DNA of 64,000 nucleotides. Origin: Octopus vulgaris (taxonomy: Eukaryota). How positions within the stretch are numbered: the stretch's first letter is position 1; the number at the start of each line of letters is the position of its first letter. Position numbers and translations under genes: made by a program. The stretch lies in contig OX597843.1 of assembly GCA_951406725.2 (NCBI GenBank), positions 17,484,001 through 17,548,000 of the forward strand, written 5' to 3'. The notes beneath the pieces were generated by a model. The model worked only from the letters and a program-made list of their open reading frames with translations, was not told the DNA's origin and did not search any database. Below are positions 1 through 15,900 of this stretch, piece by piece.

Positions 1-189
1 GGCAGATCTTGTCTTCATTTCGTATTTTTTCTTTTTGGGGTAACATCTAGGCCAGAACTTGTTTCTAGAGAACAGTCGACACCCCACCACCCGTCCTTTG
101 ATCGCCCTTTTAAACACACCCGGAACAACATTCTTTGTGAGTATGTCTACTTAACTATCATATACATACATACATACATACTTACATAC

Positions 190-220
<31 letters not shown>

Positions 221-238
221 CAAACATACATACATACA

Positions 239-270
<32 letters not shown>

Positions 271-386
271 ATGTAAAGGTTTGTGGGAGCATATGTGTGT
301 GTGTATACATATATATATATAGATGTATATATATACATTTATGTATTTTGTATTTGCATGTATTTATGCATACATATATACATACA

Positions 387-435
<49 letters not shown>

Positions 436-447
436 ATATAAATATTC

Positions 448-482
<35 letters not shown>

Positions 483-1318
483 CATACATACATATATATA
501 TATGCATGCACCTATATATATATATATATATATATATACAAATATATATACATATATATATGCACCTATATAAATATTCGTCTATATATATTTACATTGT
601 ATATGATGTATATGCATACATATCTCTATAAATATATATATATATACACATACATACATATATATTATATATGTGTGTGTATGAACACTCACATATATAC
701 ATGCATATATATATATATATATACACACACATATATATATATAATTATATATATATATATAAATATATATATAGATACATACATATACATATATATACAT
801 ACACACACAGAAGCATATATATATATATAGTAATTATTTGTATCGAAGGAACTGTGAGAGATTTCAAAGTTGACAGACAATTGTCGAAAAGTCTAATAAT
901 GCGTGCGCGCGGGTTATATACACAAATACATACATACATACATACATACATACATACATACATACATACATACATACATACATACATACACACATACATA
1001 CATACATACATACATATATACATACATACACACATACACACATACATACACAAATACATACATACATACATACATAAGTAATGGTGTTTATGCTTATGCA
1101 CACATACACACACTCATATATTCACACACACATATTCACACACACACATATATATCGCAGGCGTGGTTGTGTTGTAAGAATTTGCTGACCGATCAGACAG
1201 CTTCGGGTTCAGTCCCACTGTGTGGCACCTTGGGTGTCTTCTATAGCCCAGTGATTTTATAGACGGAAACTAAAAGAAGCCTATTTTATATCTATCCATC
1301 TTTCTATCTATCTATCTG

Positions 1319-1366
<48 letters not shown>

Positions 1367-1377
1367 ACTATACATAA

Positions 1378-1425
<48 letters not shown>

Positions 1426-1827
1426 AAACATATACACATACATATATATTCATACATACATTTTTAGTGACCAACTTGACTTCTGCAAGGAGAACTTTTA
1501 ATAATCTCAAAAAGGGAACATAAATTCCCACAAATGGTGTTTTAGGATAAATCTGACAATTTGCATAAAATTTTCCATCCAAACATAAAAGTACTTGAAA
1601 AATTCCAAACAAAATCAACATGACTATGGATGGGTGATAACAGCTTCCTCCAAGTAGCAGCGTTCAGCTTCCTCCATGGCCCCGCGATGGCTCCAGAGCC
1701 TGGCGCATGTATCCCTCACTGTGTCCCTGAGATCTTCAGTCACTTGACTGCGGCCATGCTGGAGCACCGCCTTTAATCGAGCAACTCGTCCCCGGGACTT
1801 ATTCTTTTGTAAGCCCAGTACTTATTC

Positions 1828-2284
1828 TGCAAGATGCAGTGTTTTGCTGGCCAACAAACAGAAGCCAGCGATTCGCATCAAAAGCCGAAGCCAATTGTCG
1901 AAGAAAGTTTCGTTGTTGCATGACAATGCACACCCACACAAAACCGCTCAGACAGCTGAAACCAATAACCAATCGGGTTTTGAGGTGCTGGAACGCCCCC
2001 CCTGCAGTCCAGATCTCAGACATTCCGGCTGTCAGATCGTTGGACCGCTCAAAGATGCTTTACGAGGTCGTCGATTTCCTACGGATGAAGATGTGAAGGA
2101 AGCGGTACAGAAATGATTGTACAACCAACCGAAAACCTTGGACGGAACACGCAAGCTTAAGGACCGCTGGACCAAATGCATCGGAAAGGAAGGAGACGAC
2201 ATAGAAAAATGACGCGTTTATCCACTGTTTTTTGTGTAAATACATTGACAAAGCCAGAGTGCGTGTAATTTTTGACTCTCTCTC

Positions 2285-2287
<3 letters not shown>
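1828..2287 (+). mobile_element. mariner transposase 3' relic with terminal repeat
   Basis: LLHDNAHPH, PPCSPDL and [12 protein letters not shown] motifs; ends TTTTTGACTCTCTCTCG-TA. Confidence 0.8.
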
Positions 2288-2345
<58 letters not shown>

Positions 2346-2426
2346 TATATATATTCGATTTGCTCGAATAAAGGCGGTGCTCCAGCATGGTCGCAGTCAA
2401 ATGACTGAAACAATAGAGTAAAAGAG

Positions 2427-2504
<78 letters not shown>

Positions 2505-2641
2505 CACACATACATGCATACATATATATATACATATATATGTATATATATACATATATAAATATTAATATATATATATATATTTGTGTGTGTGTGTGTA
2601 TAGATATATGAATTTGCACTGGTACATATATGTGTGTGTGC

Positions 2642-2672
<31 letters not shown>

Positions 2673-3799
2673 TGTATGTATATATGTATGTAAGTATATA
2701 TATGCACACGCACACGCAAGAACGCGCAAACGTGCTGAATCGTGTAATACATATAATACAACCATTCACTCATATACACGCTCATGCACACACTTATATA
2801 CACCTATATACACAAATTTACAGACACACACACACATTTACACACACACACACACACTTCATACACACCTTAACATCCCCATCTTCGCCTTCCTCCATTG
2901 ACATCTTTCCTGTTTTTTTTTTCACTCAGTTTTTCTATCATGGCCGTTAAGAAGCTTCCAGAACAGTGAAGCAGGCGGCATTATCTGTCGTCTGCCGTTG
3001 ATTACAGTATAAATTTCTAAACACCTTTGTAAACTGATGTAGAAAATCCACCTCCGTCGCCGCTTTCTCTCATCTTCTTCCATTATTTCTGCGTCTCTTT
3101 CTTTCTTTCTCGTCTCTTCCCCCCTCCCCCCCCACCACCGCCGCGGCCGCCGTCATGCCGCAACACTATAACACCTTTCTATGCCCAGGTAAAAACTGGT
3201 TTCGGAGCAGATGGAATTGGAAAAACTTGGCAGATAGAGAAAAACACTGGCGGCTCTGTCGACGTTTTAATTTCCGCCGTCCATTTTGGTTTCTTGGTCG
3301 GTGATGGCGGCGGCGGCGGCGCTGATGAGGATGATGATGATGATGGGGTTTGTGACTGTGATTGTGATGGTGATGGTGGTCGGGGGTGGCGGTGATGACA
3401 CTTGTAGTGGCGGTAGAGGGGTCGATGGTGATTGTAATGATGATGAAGGTGGCGGACGTAGTGGTGGAGGTGATGGTGGTGGTGTGGTAATGGTGGTGCT
3501 AGTGGTGGTGGTGGTGACGGTGGTAGCGACGGTAGCGGTGGTGGTGGTGGTGGTGGTGGTGATGTTGATGTTGGTGGTGTTGGAGGCAGTAATGAAGATG
3601 GTGGTGGTGGATGTCTTCGCCGTGATTGCGATGTTAGCGGCGTAGTTGTTGCTGCTGTTGTTAACGAGGGCAGAGGGCAGACGATACCATGCAGGCGACA
3701 GGGGTGGCAGCAGTCGCTGATTTTTTGTCGTTCTTGATGTTAACCCATTCATGGCCAATGTCCAACTTTGCAAGACAGAGATTTGCAATTTGATATCTC

Positions 3800-4208
3800 T
3801 CTTTACTCTTTTACTTGTTTCAGTCATTTGACTGCGGCCATGCTGGAGCACCGTCTTTAGTCGAGCAAATCGACCCCGGGACTTATTCTTTGTAAGCCCA
3901 GTACTTATTCTATCGGTCTCTTTTGCCGAACCGCTAAGTGACAGGGACGTAAACACACCAGCATCGGTTGTCAAACAATGCTAGGGGGACAAACACAGAC
4001 ACACAAACACACACATACACATATACATATATATACATATATACGACAGGCTTCTTTCAGTTTCCGTCTACCATATCCACTCACAAGGCTTTGGTCGGTC
4101 CGAGGCTATAGTAGAAGACACTTGCCCAAGATGCCACGCAGTGGGACTGAACCCGGAACCATGTGGTTGGTAAGCAAGCTACATACCACACAGCCACTCC
4201 TGCGCCTA
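3800..4208 (-). mobile_element. tRNA-derived SINE family 1 (CORE-like), full length
   Basis: Head GGCGCAGGAGTGGCTGTGTGGT with A/B-box-like motifs, CTTGGGCAAGT core-like segment, internal TA/TG repeat and AAAGAGT tail; many copies in the window. Confidence 0.85.
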
Positions 4209-4875
4209 CATATATATTTTTTACCGTTTACCTTCTATGACTTGTTACAGTCATTGGATTGCAGCCATGCTGGGGCACCACCTTCAAGGTTTTCTTTAGT
4301 CGAATGAATCGAATCCGGGACTTATACATTTGTTTTAATGCCTCGTATCTTTTCTATCGGTTTCTTTTGTAAAAGCATTTATATTAACTGCGCTAATATA
4401 AATACTTTTACATACCTTTGTGTTTTGTTACTTCATATTTAAAGTTTTCTTCAAGCATATTATGGAAAATAAGCAATATAAAAGGAGATATATACTCAAA
4501 GTACCCACAGGAGGTAAAAGATATGTTAAAAAAAATTCTTTTACTTGCTTCAGTCATTAGACTGCGGCCATGCTGGAGAACTGACTCCAATACGTATTGT
4601 TTGTTTTAAGTCTGGCGCTTATTCTAAGGGTTTCTTTTGCCGAACCATTAAGTTGTGGAATTGTAAACACAACACCGGTTGTCAAACGGTGGTGGTGGTG
4701 TGAACATCAGATACAAAGACATACACACACACACACGGTCCACATTAATTTTACACTTTTTATACTCCGAGTAACAGGTTTGTTGAAATTCTGCTGCTTT
4801 TAAATAAAGCATATTACTCTACCCCTGGTATTTGAGTACTCTTTTTTCTCACCTTGTTTCACATTTATGTGTTTG

Positions 4876-4932
<57 letters not shown>

Positions 4933-5775
4933 ACATAAATATGTGTGTGTATATATATATATATACACATGCATACATGCAAACATGCATACACGCATAG
5001 ATGCATATATACATAAACATTCACGACTACATACATACATAATGCATACATACATACATATACGCACTAACGTTTTTGACGAAGTTAGAAGGCCAGCGGT
5101 TTTTGAGGGGAAGGATTAATCAATAATATTACTTTCAAGGTTTGGCACAAGGCCAGCAATTTCGGTGAGGGTGTAAGTTAGTTACATTGTTTTAATGATA
5201 CTTAATTTATCGACCCCGAAAAGGATGAAAGGCAAAGTCAACGTTGGTGAAATTTGAATTCAGAATAAATAGCGCTGGGTATTTTGACCGCTGGCACTCT
5301 ACCGATTCTCTCTCTTCCTCTCTCCCTCTCTCTTTTCTCTCTCACACACACACACACATTCACACATCTACACAAATGCATATATATATATATATTTATA
5401 CATATGTACATAAATATATATTTATATACTCACACATACATATGTATTATGCGTGAGCACGCAAGCCTGTGTGCATTATATATACACACATACACACACA
5501 CATATATATATGTATGCATGTATGTATGTATGTACGTATGTATGTATATATATATATGTAGATACATATATATATGTATATATATATACATATATACATA
5601 CATACATATATGTATGCATGTATGTATGTATGTACGTATCTACGTATATATATATATATGTATATATATACATGTATGTATATATATACATACATATGTA
5701 TATATGTATATATATACATACACACACACACATATATATATATGTATATATATGTATGTATTTATATATAAATAT

Positions 5776-5846
<71 letters not shown>

Positions 5847-6358
5847 AACGTATGTTCATAGACACAAACACACACTCACAGAGTATATTTAGATTCATAT
5901 GAATATACATGTGTACGCATGTCTATAGCCAATAAATACATTTCCCATTGGAATAATTCTTCTTTGTGGCCGGCTTTCAAACTCTCTTCTTCCGCCATTC
6001 CACGGCTAAGTGACGGGTTTCTGTTTCTAGATTCAATATGGCCGTATTTGCGTTAACATGGCGCGAGGGATACATCGCTACAAAAGGCGAAAGCATTACA
6101 ACAGCGTCACCTGGCGTCGGAAGACAGAGAAAATGGACAAACTTAATGAAGCGTGGTTTTGTGCTACGTAAAAATGTAACACTCTTCCTCAACATATGTT
6201 TGAATGTATTTATGTATGTATGTATATTTATACGAATAAGCATCTATAGGCTCCGTAATCCGTTCTTGTTGAAAACGGGTTTGTAATGGCTAAGTAAGTT
6301 ATTGATAACTTTGAAAACATTAGCGCAACACATATAGACAGTCGTACACACACACACG

Positions 6359-6397
<39 letters not shown>

Positions 6398-6699
6398 AAG
6401 GGAGGGAGAGAGAGAATAGACCGAAGAAAATAAAATTAGGTTGGTGGTGGTGGTGGAGGAAGGGCGGGAGAAGAGCAAAATAGATAAAGACGAGGAAAGG
6501 AGAGAAAAAATGGAAGAAAAACGAAAGAGAAAAGAGAAGGGAATTCAATTTGCGGATGTAACATGTCGGCTCTTTTTCGATCTATAAATGCGACGGCGAC
6601 GTTTGAAACCGTATTGAAAGGTTTGTAGTAAAGAAAGGTATCGCTGCGTTATTTATTGGTTCTTAATTAATAGATATGAGGCGGTAATTAATAGCTAAT

Positions 6700-7270
6700 G
6701 AGGCTGGCAGAATCGTTGCTGCACTGGACAAAATACTTAGTATTTCATCTGCCATTACGTTCTGAGTTCAAATTCCGCCGAGGTCGACTTTACCTTTCAT
6801 CCCTTCGGGGTCGATTAAGTAGGTACCAGTTACGCACTGGGGTCGATGTAATCGACTTAAGCTATTTGTCTGTCCTTGTTTGTCCGCTCTGTGTTTAGCC
6901 CCTTGTGGGTAGTAAAGAAATAGGTATTTCGTCTGCCGCTACGTTCTGAGATCAAATTCCGCCGAGGTCGACTTTGCCTTTCATCCTTCCGGGGTCGAAT
7001 AAATAAGTACCAGTTACACACTGTAGTCGATATAATCGACTTAATCCGTTTGTCTGTCCTTGTTTGTCCCCTCTATGTTTAGCTCCTTGTGGGTAGTAAA
7101 GAAATAGGTATTTCGTCCGTCAATATTCTTTTCTACACGCTCTGAGTTCAAATTCCACCGAGGTCGACTTTGCCTTTCATTCTTTCGGGGTCGATAAAAT
7201 AGTAGATATATGGCGGTGAGCTGGCAAAACTCGTTACCATGCCGGACCAAATGCTCAGCAGTATTTCTTC
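6700..7270 (+). mobile_element. tRNA-derived SINE family 2, tandem units
   Basis: Head GAGGCTGGCAGAATCGTT, B-box GAGTTCAAATTCC and central GCCTTTCATCCTTTCGGGGTCG block (resembles a Deu/Nin-type domain, from memory), repeated about three times. Confidence 0.8.
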
Positions 7271-7479
7271 CGGCCCGGCTCTATTCGTTGGTACTCCGGT
7301 GGCACTCTTGTGTCTGTAGAGTTTATTTCAAACCGGCAATTCCTTTCGGCTGCGCTGCTAGGCCAGAGTTTTCCGTCAGTCCTAAAGTCTCCGGAAGGGA
7401 CCAGCCAGTTGTTTCTCATCGAAGCTCAAAACCCATCCGAGAACATTGAAGCTCATGCTCACCACGAAACCTCCATTGA

Positions 7480-9480
7480 ATGCTAAAGTCGAACATTCGC
7501 TGTGAGTGCCTGACGGCACTTTAGGTGCCACGCGCCCCACTTCGGTCTACGCTTGATCCAAGACTACAGCTCTGTCAAAGAGACAAGCTGTGGAAAAGTG
7601 AGTCTGATAGACGGCGACCACACTTGCTCATCGTCACGTGAATACTGGAGATGTAGCTTCTGCGCACGCCTGCGTATTACCAGTTACGGCATACCAAGTC
7701 TTCCATTCTGTGGGTGTTGACAACAAATAAAGTGTCTGACCAATCGGATGAGTTCGCACTCCAGTTAAGCCAAACGTGAATTAGGGCAAGGCATGACAAT
7801 ATATAAGAGGGGTGATGTATGCATTCTCCACCTCTGCTCCATCTCTCAGAAATAACTTTCTCTCCGCCTATTTCGGGGTGAGACTGTCACCACTATTCGT
7901 CACCGCGTTTCAGATCTTCTCCCCTTGGTGACCTGGGTCAAACCAGATCCCGTGCAATTCTTCTGGTCCATCCGTCCAGTGTCTCTCAACGCTGTTGGAC
8001 GACACGGACGTGCTCCCCTAGGTGCCGGGCAGCACGGACACAAACGTTTCTTGTTTGATCTCTGCTCTGGTCACCGCATCGGATAGAGCAGTGCGGATCA
8101 GGTTTATGTGCCTCTTCTCCGACACTACGACTGTGACGTCGTCCTCGTATGCCGACACGGTACTTCCACGTCTCAGTTCGCGCAGGACGGCCCTCAACGT
8201 CTCCAGTTTCCGCAGTAGTGGTTCTAGAGGCATTATATATAGAAGAAACGAGAGAAGACAACTTTAATCGATTGAATGCATGATACAGCATGGTTCCAAT
8301 AAGTGACCATTCACCCGAACTACAGAGAAGACGCCGCTGTACATTGCAGAAATCCAACCGCAGAAGACGATACCGAAACCGAATGACGTGAGAACAGCCT
8401 CTAAATACTGGTGGACAACATATCAAAAACTTTTGCTTGATCTAAATTCATCAGGGCCCCACTCATACCACCCTCTCTGTGATACATCACGTGAGGTGGA
8501 GGTTGTGGATAAATCTACACGGGAAGGCGTATGAGTGCGCGTGATTGTGCATCACCTATCCGATAATCACCGACAAGCGTCAACCTCTTTGCTAAAATAT
8601 TGGCTAAAATTATAAGATCTGCGTTTAGCAGTGTTACAAGCCAAAAGTTTTCTATATGATCATCTTTGTTTGGGTTCTTTCTCGACTCCCTGAACTAGGA
8701 ATATTCCCGTTTCGCTGCCACTTGCAGCAGATATCTGCCAAAGAAGCCTCCAAACAAGTCTGGCATAGACTTGTAAAGCTCAGGGGGGAGATCATCAAAA
8801 CCAGGCGACTTTCCGACCCGCCGTGCAGCCAATCATTAATTCCCTTATTTCCACGTAAAGATCTAGATGACCCGGTGCAGTTTTTTCACTTCTACAATGG
8901 CACATTCGGGAAATCCAGTTCGTAACTTTCAGACAGTTGGAAACGCACGAATAGGGTTTACAAGGCTTTTGAATTTCTCTATCAGCTAGTCTCAGACAAT
9001 CCAAGCGTGCATGAAATATGGCGTTCCAGGCGCCCAGTGGTACTAGAGAGCGGGACGTTTCGAGTAAAACCTCTAATCGCCCAGAGAAATCCTGCTACCC
9101 CATCCCTGTCAGAACATAAACAGTTATTAATTTGAAGGCCCCGCTCCTTCGATACTGTTTACATTCAGAGCCACTAACACACCTTCAGAACCGAGAAAAT
9201 TATCCACATCTTGAAATCCATACCAAAGCGGCAGTTGTGCCACCCCTTCCCGATCATCATGGAATAAAGTAAATCTTCACAGAAAATGTGTATGAGGATT
9301 TGTGGATCAGAAACTCTGGTCTCGCTGATAATCACCACATTCGTATTTAGTGACGTATGGTCGTTGAGCAGGAATCCCTGCTTCCAGAGTGACCCTCCCC
9401 CTAGGCCATGCGTATTTACACTGCCTATTCTGAGAACAGCCCCGTGTAGCAAGAGGGCGTGAGAAATCGGTCACTTTATT
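7480..9480 (-). mobile_element. Highly degenerate L1/Tx1-like LINE ORF2 remnant
   Basis: APE-type start LRIGSVNTHGL..IISETRV (9174-9452) and RT-like PLEPLLRKL..VSAYEDDVTVVVS (8018-8233); many stops and frameshifts. Confidence 0.7.
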
Positions 9481-9988
9481 CCTAAGTAGGGTCAGATGGT
9501 TCATCTTTTATGTTAACGGTCGGTATTTCTACGAGCAGTTTTTTTTTATTATACGATGGCTTGCATAGTTATTCTTTGTTCGTTCCGGCAGATTCGAACG
9601 TGAATACGTTCATCGCCGTCATGTTCATCACAGGAGACCAGCTTCCCCTTTCATAACACACTTAATTCTGTGATACTGCTGTTTCAACATATTGTATCTC
9701 GTCAGCCAGAAGCACTCGCACCAATGAACCTTGCAAGAGTTGTCGGTCTTGTTTATAATTTCAGCGAACTGCTCTTCAGGCATTCTTTTGTTTATATTAA
9801 ACCCGAAGTATCCCACTTTTTGGGGAGTTTTGTTTCTTTAAAATTCCGTGTGTTGCGAAATAATCCTTAAATCCTTAAAAATGTTTTAGCCCGAAGGCCG
9901 CGGCCATGCTGGGGCACCACCGCTGTGGATAATATTTTTGTGTGGTCGAATGCTGATGGTTAATATGATGTAATTATTGTCTGTGTTG

Positions 9989-10292
9989 AAGGTACGTGGC
10001 TTAGTGGCAACGGTATTCGGCTCACTGTCGTAAGGTCGTGAGTTCGATTCCCGGCAGTGCTTTGTGTCTCTGAGAAAGGCTTTATTTCACGTTGCCCCAG
10101 TCCAGTCAGCCGGCAAAAATGAGTAGTACCTATAATTCAAGAGGGTCAGCCATGTCCCCTTCGGTGTCACACAGAGTCACTCTGAAGACTACGTTAAGGG
10201 TACACGTGTCTGTGGAGTGTTCAATTTCACGGGTCGGTTGTTTCGTTGATCGGATCGACTAGAACAGTCATCGTCGTAACCGACGGAGGACC
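9989..10292 (+). mobile_element. tRNA-derived SINE family 3 (second copy 43408-43660)
   Basis: A-box GTGGCTTAGTGG, B-box GTTCGATTCCC and shared body TTTATTTCACGTTGC...GGCAAAAATGAGT. Confidence 0.75.
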
Positions 10293-10711
10293 AATTGTAT
10301 TCTGGCGTTTGTGGCTCATCAGGTTATTCTTTTTATTGTTTGTATTGATGACCGTGGAGTTAGTGATTTCCGTTTTTGTCTTTGTTGGGGGATGGTTTCT
10401 GTCTGTTGGTGTTTGCGTGAATTTGGTTGCATTGGCGCTTGTGATGGCGCTCCTAATAGCGCTGCTGGTGGTGGTGGTCGTGGTGATGAGGATGATGATG
10501 TTGAGAGTGCTGGTGTGGCTACTGGTGGGGGTGGTGTTAATGAATCGTTTCCTGGAGGCAGGACCGAATTAAGACTCATAGAGGCCCTAAGCGCTTAAAA
10601 ACTTTCCGTGCCCCAACTTACAGGGTGGGCGAAAAGTCACGCACCAAAACGCTCGACATTTTATTTATATTACGTAATTACGTTATTATTATTATTATTG
10701 TTATTATTATT

Positions 10712-11117
10712 CTTTTACTCTTTTACTTGTTTCAGGTCATTTGACTGTGGCCATGCTGGAGCACCGCCTTTTGTCGAGCAAATCGACCCGGGACTTATTC
10801 TTTGTAAGCCTAGTACTTATTCTATCGGTCTCTTTTCCCGAACCGCTAAGTGACGGGGACGTAAACACACCAGCATCGGTTGTCAAGCGATGTTGGAGGA
10901 GGGACAAACAGACACACAAACACACACACGCATATATATATATATACATATATACGACGGGCTTCTTTCAGTTTCCGTCTACCAAATCCACTCACAAGGC
11001 TTTGGTCGGCCCGAGGCTATAGTAGAAGACACTCGCCCAAGGTGCCACGCAGTGGGACTGAATCCGGAACCATGTGGTTCGTAAGCAAGTTACTTACCAC
11101 ACAGCCACTCCTACGCC

Positions 11118-11118
<1 letters not shown>
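10712..11118 (-). mobile_element. SINE family 1, full length
   Basis: Same structure as 3800-4208. Confidence 0.85.
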
Positions 11119-11193
<75 letters not shown>

Positions 11194-11199
11194 GTTATT

Positions 11200-11748
11200 A
11201 TTGGGTGAGAGAGCAGTGCATACCATCAAAGTGACACTGGGGTAAAATATACGAAGCCCAGTATACCCATCATGACTACCCGTCGGATAAGGGTACACCA
11301 GGCACATGCATCACAACCATATGTGCGCGACATAGTGATCTCATATCAAGATAAACAGCACATGACCTTGCAGGTGGGGCCCAGTTAAAATTTTCTTCAG
11401 GTCGAGTAGCCCATCCCGCTCAAAAGGTCCCCGAATAAGGATTGTTTAAGGAAACATTCAGGTTTCCAAAGGTGAATTATTTCCAGCCCTAAAGAATCCC
11501 TCTCAACACATGGCTATGATGCTCCCCCACTACTTCTGCTCATGATCAGAGATGCACATATCGTCAGCCACTAAGGGACATGCTCAACTGGTTAAGGTCA
11601 AACAAGTGACAAGCAAATCTGTGGTATTGAGCAGAATATTTGCTGTAGCCCATCTTTTATACCAAGACAAAACAATGTACATGATAACACTTCCAGTCAG
11701 TTAAGATCAGAAGCCACGAGAGCCACTGCCTGGTACTGCACCAGGGCA
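11200..11748 (-). mobile_element. ~550-bp non-coding interspersed element in (TAA)n
   Basis: Near-identical inverted copy at 19972-20528 and a partial copy at 15066-15322. Strand inferred from the TAA tail. Confidence 0.75.
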
Positions 11749-12495
<747 letters not shown>

Positions 12496-12499
12496 TACT

Positions 12500-15058
12500 T
12501 TTTTTTTTTTCTTCTTTCAAATTTGCTTCCATTTCTTGCCGAGTGTCTTCCCGACTCCTAGGGCAAAGAAACTCATAGTATACTTTGGTAGGCCATTAAA
12601 CCAAACTCAGTAGTTCGTTCATTTTTTTTAATTTTTTTTTTTTTAAAGTTAAATTAAAATACATGAGCAGCAACAGTTCTCACATCGACAATGCTCTTCT
12701 CAATACGTGTGATGTACCAGTTAAGACAATCTTTTGCACTTCTTGCAGGGATGGTAAGCCAGGGATCATTCTCATATAATTTTCGGTTCCCTTCTTGATC
12801 ATTCCTAGTGCTCCTACGATCACTGGTATTGAGATGCCACATTTTCTCAATTTCAATGAGTAGGTCTTTATATTTTCTGAGCTTGTCAAACTCTTTCGCT
12901 GAGATATTATGATCACAGGGGATGCTCATGTCGATCAATAAGCAAACTTTATTGTTTTGGTCTTTCACAACAATATCTGGTTTATTGGCCTTGATGGTTC
13001 GGTCTGTATGTACTGGAAAGTCCCACAGAATCGTTACATTTTCTCCTTCAGTTACAGCTTCAGGGTGGTGATTATACCACTTGTCGGCAGTTTTGATATT
13101 GTAATGCCGACTTATTAGCCAGTGGAGATATTGGCCAACTCTGTCATGTCTTAATTTATACTCCACTGGTGCTAATCCAGAGATTAGGTGGTCCACTGTT
13201 TCAATCATGTTGCAAAATCGGCATTTTGGGTCTGCTCCATTTTTCATCACATTGGCCTGGTAGTTCCGGGTTAATAGGCTTTGATCTTGAGCAGCCAGGA
13301 TGAAACCTTCGCTCTCTGCTTTTAGCCCTGAGCTCCGTAGCCACTGATGGGTTTGCTTCTGGTCAACATCAGCTTGTTTGCTGCGGGTCACATATTTGCC
13401 GTGCAGAGGTTTCTCCTCCCACCTATCAGCCAATTGCTCGTGCGCTTTTTTCATTGCTATCATTTTCACCTTCTTTGCAACAATAGTTGCCGTACTTCCC
13501 TCGGGTTGTTCAGTTTGGGTATCCTGCACGAGATCAATAGCAAATTTTTTGCTTTCCTTTATGATAGAATGAAGCTTCTTTCGTCTCTCGTGATTTTCCA
13601 CGAGCTTTAGCATCCAGTCATTCGATATTTCGAGATATTTGGCCAGTCCAATTGTGGTTGATTTGTAAGCTAGTTCAAATTGGATCAGGCCTCGACCTCC
13701 TTGGGCTCTGGGAAGGTAAAGGCGATCTACGTCTACCTTTGGGTGGTGCATCCTATTACAACTCAGCAGCTTGCGTATTTTTCTATCTATATTCTTTACT
13801 TCACTCATATTCCAGTTCAACACATTGTAGCTATAAGTAACAACTGGAACTGCTAAGGAATTTATAGCTAACACCTTGTTACGTGCATTTAGTTCAGATT
13901 TCAGGACTGCACGAACTCTCCTATAACATTCCTTCCTGATTTCTCTTTCATGCTTGCATGCTGAATACCAGAGCCTTCATTTATCCCTAAATATTTGTAT
14001 GTTTGTTCTTGCTCAAGCTCTCTTATGACTGTGTCAACATCTAACACGACTGAATTTGTGGTCTTCACTTTCCCTTTCTGGAAAGTGGCCTTGGCACACT
14101 TCTCAAGTCCAAACTCCATCCCGATGTCATCGCTGAATGCTTTCACGGTGCGCAATAGGCCTTCAAGTTCATTATTGTCTTTACCATAAAGTTTTAAGTC
14201 ATCCATATAAAATAGATGGCTTATTTTTTTATTGGCAATTTTATACCCATACTCTGTTCTGTTTAATTCACTTGTAAGGGGTATTAGGGCTATGCAGAAT
14301 ATTAAAGGTGAAAGTGAGTCACCTTGAAAAATTCCACAGTTGATGTTTATATTTTCTGAGGCAAGTACTCCATTAGAGTGGTATAATTGGAGATTCGTAT
14401 TCCACAACGACATATTGTGCTTCAGGAAGTTTGAAATCACAGGGGAAATTTTGAAGATGTCCAGCGATCTCAAGATCCATGGATGCGATATACTGTCGAA
14501 GGCCTTTTTGTAGTCAATCCATGCGGTGCTGAGATTTCTGCGCTTGTTGTGACAGTTCTCAAGGATCATATGATTGATTAGCAGTTGATCTTTGCATCCG
14601 TAAGAGCCTCGGCGGCACCCTTTTTGTTCAATGGGGAAAATATCGTTCTTCTCCATGAATGCATATGTTTTCTCCGCCAGGATAGATGTTAGGATTTTAT
14701 ACGTGGTGGATAGACAGGTTATAGGCCGATAGTTTTTTGGAAGGTTGGTTTCGTTATTCTTTGGGAGTAGGTAAGTAATGCCACTTGCTAACCATTCAGG
14801 TGTTTTCTTTGGGTCTCTCATAATTCCATTGAGCAGCTGAACTAGCTTACCGTGTGCGCATGGGAGCGATGCAAGCCAGAAATTCGGCACCCTATCTTTA
14901 CCGGGGGATTTCCAATTATGGGCCTTCGTGAGTGCCTTTCTTAGGTCTGCTATTGTGATGTCTTCCCATGCTTGTTGTTGTAAATTTTGGTAGGATCCTT
15001 CAGTTTGTATAATCCAGTCTGCATTTATGTTGTACGTCTTCTTGTCACTCCTTGTCAC
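12500..15058 (-). mobile_element. 5'-truncated R4/Dong-like non-LTR retrotransposon (RT plus restriction-like endonuclease), frameshifted
   Basis: RT motifs GIFQGDSLSPLIF and LFYMDDLKLY (ORF 13901-15058). Zn-knuckle remnant CRFC..ETVDHL, RHD, KPDIVV..LIDMSIP..KYKDL and PVIVGALG follow. The 3' UTR ends in (TAA)n. Frameshifts near 13930 and 12830. Confidence 0.9.
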
Positions 15059-15321
15059 TTCTTGTCACCTTGCAGGTGGGGCCCAGTTAGAATTTTCTTC
15101 AGGTTGAGTAGCCCATCCCGCTCAAAAGGTCCCTGAATAAGGGTTGTTTAAGGATGTTGAAAGAACCACCCATGTTTCCAGAGGTGAATTATTCAAACCC
15201 CAAAGAATCCCTCTCAACACATGGCTATGATGCTCCCCCACTACTTCTGCTCGTGATCAGAGATGCACATATCGTCAGCCACTAAGGGACATGCTCAACT
15301 GGTTAAGGTCAAACAACTGAC

Positions 15322-15355
<34 letters not shown>

Positions 15356-15356
15356 G

Positions 15357-15900
<544 letters not shown>

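Noticed and set aside
830-915. GAC-AATT-GTC-GAAA half-hammerhead in a TA-flanked unit
   Set aside because: No CUGANGA-like box or pairing stem I; too degenerate to call.
147-1262. Long ORFs rich in YI/HT/CV/MY, here and throughout the window
   Set aside because: They are translations of (TA)n, (CA)n and (TACA)n microsatellites, which lack stop codons; not genes.
3267-3974. Pro/Thr-rich 235-aa ORF
   Set aside because: Composed of a (GGT/GAT)n low-complexity tract plus SINE sequence.
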